Source: Macrostomum lignano (Eukaryota). Taken from it: a DNA stretch of 64,000 nucleotides. Position 1 is the stretch's first letter; each line of letters opens with the position of its first letter. Below the pieces are notes generated by a model that saw only the letters and a list, made by a program, of their open reading frames with translations, had not been told where the DNA came from and did not search any database. The translations under genes were made by a program, and so were the position numbers. Location of the stretch: positions 1-64,000 of the forward strand of contig NIVC01001829.1 in the NCBI GenBank assembly GCA_002269645.1, written 5' to 3'. Of the stretch, positions 60,039 to 64,000 are shown piece by piece.

Positions 60039-61635
60039 ATGGAGTATTCACTTACATCCATCACGTCCGAGGCTGCTGGAGCACCAACCGAGGTTGGTAT
60101 CGCGGCCCAACCGGACGTTCGCAACACCGGAACCCCCGGTGCCTCTCAATCTGCCGCTGCCGCTGCTCAGGATAATACCAAAGTGGCTGGACAAGACAGC
60201 GGACCTCAGATTTCGAAAAAGAAGGCCCATAGCATTGCTTGCTACAAAGCCTTTCTCCAGCGCAAAGCGGAGGAACGGAGGAATGCGAAAGCCGCCCCTC
60301 CGGCCACCTCTGAGGAGGGTGCCGGTAACTCTGCGAACCCCGCGGAGGAGCCGACATCCGACAAGGGGGTGGACTCCGCGCACCGGTCAGATGCGTCAGG
60401 TGCCGCCGAAGCTCCTGGTGCGGCTGGCCCCTCCCGTGACCGGACCTCTGCCCGTGTGGAAGCTCCCACGGCTGTGGAGGGATCCAAAGCGGGGGGCGCT
60501 GGCCAAACCACAAAGCCGAAGCGAACCTACGCGGCTATGGCCAAGAGGCAGCCAGCCCTGGTTATCCAAGGCCAGGAGACGCCCCTTACGGCCGAACAGC
60601 TCAACCTTATCTGGCGCAGGTTGGACTCCTACCTGTTCAAGATGGCCTTGAGCGGCACCACCATTCCAGTCCAAAAGACGAAAGTAGAGGACCAAGCCCT
60701 CCATATCCAGCCCGCCGACAGCCAGTCAGGACAGCAGCTCCTCGAGCTGCTGAAGACCTTCGACTGGGGTACGGAGCTGGAGAACCTGTTCATCTACAGG
60801 GAGGATGAGCGGTCCGGACACACCGGCACCGTGCCTGGATTCCGGCTCACAGCAGCATCACCAAAGCCGACGAGCTGCGTCACCTGCTGGTGGCTTCCAA
60901 CCCGGAGCTACCGGCCAACGGTGTCGTAGTTCACGAGACCATCTCCAAGCCGGGCGGAGATGGTTTCACGGCCATTCTTGGACTGTCGGATAGCTGGATG
61001 CTCCGCTATCCGGACATATCCATTATCTCTGTCGGGCTGTTGCAGATTCAGCTCTTTAGCTTTGAGTCTGACGCCACCCGTTCACCGCCCCGGAGAAGCG
61101 TAAGCGATAATCGGGGGCTCTGCCGGGCGAAAACGCTCTGGAAAAGAAGCTCCAGGTCGCCACGACCCCTCCGAGGACGTGGACCCTGTCAGAGGGAAGG
61201 CCGCGAAAGCTGCAGCAACAGGCGGACGTGGAAAGGGCCGGAAACCCGCCCGGAACACTATCCGCTCTGGTCTGACTCAGCGCGCGAAGCAGCTGCTGGA
61301 CACAGCCAAGGCCAACAACCGCAGCAACACCCAGCCCAGTGTCACCACTGCGCCCCCCCCCGGAAAACCGGGCCGAGAGCGAAAATGCCGCCCTGGTGGC
61401 GACATCGCCCTCGACCATGGAGACCACCCGGGAGGAGCCCATGGAGCTGGAGCCTGGTGATATCGGCAAGGCAGAAGAGGCAGCTCTCCTGTACTGTACA
61501 ACTCGCCTTGAGCCGGCAGGAAGCTGCGCGGACCACTCGTGGAATCCCTGGAGTGGACATCCTGCAGCTAAACCTGCACCACTGCATCGCGGCCTCGACC
61601 AACCTGATGCGGGTGGTCAACTTTGCGAAACCTGA
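60039..61635 (+). pseudogene. LINE ORF1 (gag-like), frameshifted
   Basis: 296-aa Ala/Pro/Lys-rich frame continued in shifted frames up to the start of the endonuclease; assigned by position, no CCHC knuckle seen. Confidence 0.6.
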
Positions 61636-64000
61636 CATTATCCTACTCCAGGAGCCCTGGACAAAGAAAGGTAAGATTCTGAATATTCCTGCTTGTTTTG
61701 ACTGTTTTCAGGACCCTTAAAACCCCATAGCAGCCATGTTCGTGTCTACCCAGCTTGGCACAGACCGGACCTCTCTGACAGAGACATCTGTGTCATTCAG
61801 TCCAACATTATCACCAACCGCACGGTCATTATCGCCTCGATCTATATCCCTGGCGATGGCCCCGCGGTTCCACCCAGCCTCACCTCCCTCGTGGACTACT
61901 GCTCTAACCGTAGGTTCGAGCTGCTGGTGGCGGGCGACGTCAACGCTCACCACACCCACTGGGGCAGTAATTCTTCCAATAGCAGAGGCGAGGAACTCCT
62001 TGCTTACATATGCACCACCAACACTGAGTTATGCAACATTGGTGGAACCCCCACCTTTGACAACGGGCGATGGACGGAGGCCCTCGACGTTTCCCTCGTT
62101 TCCCATGGCTTGGCTCCTTTAGTCAAGGACTGGGAGGTGTGGGACGAAGAGGAGTCTCTGTCTGACCATCGCTTCGTTCGTTTTCGATTGCAATCCTCTT
62201 GCCCCAAGCCTCACATTCTGTGGAAAAGGAACATCCGGAACACTGACTGGACGGCTTTCACGTAGACCCTGAAATGCCAGACAGATCAGCTGACTACCGT
62301 CGCTCCAACCACCTGTCAGGAAGTCGATGACCTTGCAGACTTGCTCAGCAAGACCGTCCTGACAGCCCATGAGGCTTCCTGTCCCCTTAAAGCCTACAAA
62401 GGCAAAAAATCCGCCCCCTGGTGGCACCCGGCGCTCGGATCCCTCCGGCGCAAGGCAAAGTGCCTCCAGCGGAAAGCTCGCAAGAGCAAGGACCAGCTGA
62501 CCTGGCCGCCTATCAAGAAGCGATCCGCGACTTTAAGCGTGAAACCAGGAAAACCAAGTTCGACAAATGGCGCCAATACTGCGCGGAGTTACAAGGCACA
62601 CGCCCTACTTCGCGCGTAGTTAAGGCTCTCACCCTCGACAAAATGTCAAAGCTCTCAGTCATTAAAAGACCGGACGGCCGGCTCGCTGAGAACCCTGGGG
62701 AATCGCTGGACATTATGCTAACCAGCTCTTTCCCACGTGCCGCACCGCAGCTAGGCCCACCGGACCACCTTGCGGGCGGACAGATCCTGGCTTCGACCAT
62801 CATCACTAGAGAAAGGACGGCTCGCGCCGCAAAATCCTTCTCTCCTTTCAAGTCTCCGGGTCCTGACAACACTTATCCTGCCTTCCTTCATGAGGCAGTT
62901 GAAAAAGACAGGTATCTCGGCCTCCTCTGCAACCTCTTCAAGGCCAGCATTACCCTCGGGTACGTGCCAAAAGCCTGGCAAGAGGCTACGGTAGTCTTCA
63001 TACCCAAGCCAGGGAAGGGAGACTATCACTGCCAAAGCTTACCGCCCTATCAATCTGACGTCTTTCTTCCTCAAACTGATGTAACGGCTGGTGCTCTGGC
63101 GCCTTCTCCTCGTTGAACTGAGGAACTCCCCGCTCTCCCCTAATCAGCACGCCTTTCGTCCTGGACGTTCCATCGAAAGTGCGCTGCACGCCATTGTCGA
63201 AAAGCTGGAGCGCGCCGTGCTTGGCAGTGGATACGCGCTATTGCTTTTCCTCGACATTGATGGTGCTTTCAATAATGTGCTCTTTGAAGCCTTTAAGCGG
63301 GCCCTGGAATCCCGGGGCACGCACGAGCACCTCACCTGCTGGATCATGTAACATGGTCTCCCATCGTACTGCCACCTCGCACCTCCTCGGACACTCATAC
63401 TCCGTGAAAGTCCAGAAAGGCGGACCGCAAGGTGGAGTCCTCAGCCCGATCCTCTGGAATTTAGTCATGGACGAGCTGCTTTGCAGCCCGCATCCGGACC
63501 CAGTTCAGAAGGTCGGCTATGCGGATGATGTTACCGCCACTGTGGCTGGACCATCACCCGCGGTCCTCAGGGACCTCCTTCAAGCCTTTATCCACCGTGC
63601 CAAGCGCTGGGCACATAGCTGCGGTCTCAGGTTCTCTGAGTCTGAAACCGTGGCTATCATGTTCACCAGCCGCCGAAACTGGAGGATCGAACCGCTCTCC
63701 CTCTATGGCAAACCCGTTGCCATGGAGAAACAAACCAGATGTCTGGGTGTCACCCTTGACTACAGGTTGAGTTGGACCCCGCACGTCCAAACCAAAGCTT
63801 GCAAAGCTCTCGCGACTCTCGCGCAGATACGGAGATTTCGGTGCTACCTGGGGCCTCACCCCCCGCCGCCTCTGGTGGATCTACACTGCCATTGTTAGAC
63901 CGGCCATCTCCTTCGCCGGCTTCATTTGGAACAGTGCCCTAGATATGAAAGGGGTTCTTGAGGCTCTAAATAGGGTACAAGGCCGCGCTTGTCGAGCTAT
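61534..64000 (+). pseudogene. LINE ORF2 (endonuclease-RT), multiple stops and frameshifts
   Basis: [61 protein letters not shown]; stops at ~61720, 62265 and 63350. Confidence 0.9.

Larger units (their letters stand above)
59895..64000 (+). mobile_element. Second LOA/Lian-like non-LTR retrotransposon with 5' UTR and ORF1, degraded, running off the window
   Basis: GC-rich leader from ~59895 (boundary approximate), then ORF1-like frames and EN and RT motifs homologous to the first LINE. Confidence 0.85.

Overview
Gene-poor, transposon-saturated eukaryotic (animal) DNA. It has AT-rich intergenic sequence, GC-rich exons, spliceosomal introns and (TTAGGG)n-type repeats. No host housekeeping gene, rRNA, tRNA or CRISPR array is recognisable. 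The first 25 kb is a graveyard of DNA transposons: an inverted Helitron relic, a PHD-FLYWCH-MULE pseudogene, a mariner with an intact D,D34D transposase but a clipped right TIR, several CACTA/EnSpm pieces, a hAT-like end and an intron-containing Tc1-like pseudogene. The dominant structure is a ~33.8-kb composite Helitron at 25243-59041. Eight head-to-tail non-autonomous units (1.5-2.8 kb) each begin with a TATATACTAAAG-type start plus a GTCT microsatellite, carry a short telomeric (CCCTAA)n block, and end in a CTCCTCC-NNN-GGAGGAG hairpin (followed by CTCG in most units, truncated in units 5, 6 and 8); seven also carry a long purine-only tract. The array runs directly into a decayed autonomous element with a 9-exon Rep/Pif1-helicase gene that ends with the same hairpin-CTCG. 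The 3' part of that element carries a small coiled-coil ORF split by a nearly intact EN-RT-RNaseH LINE (14-bp TSD), plus an inverted paralog of the ORF. A second, degraded LINE of the same type runs off the right edge. All family assignments come from motifs read by eye; no database search was run.
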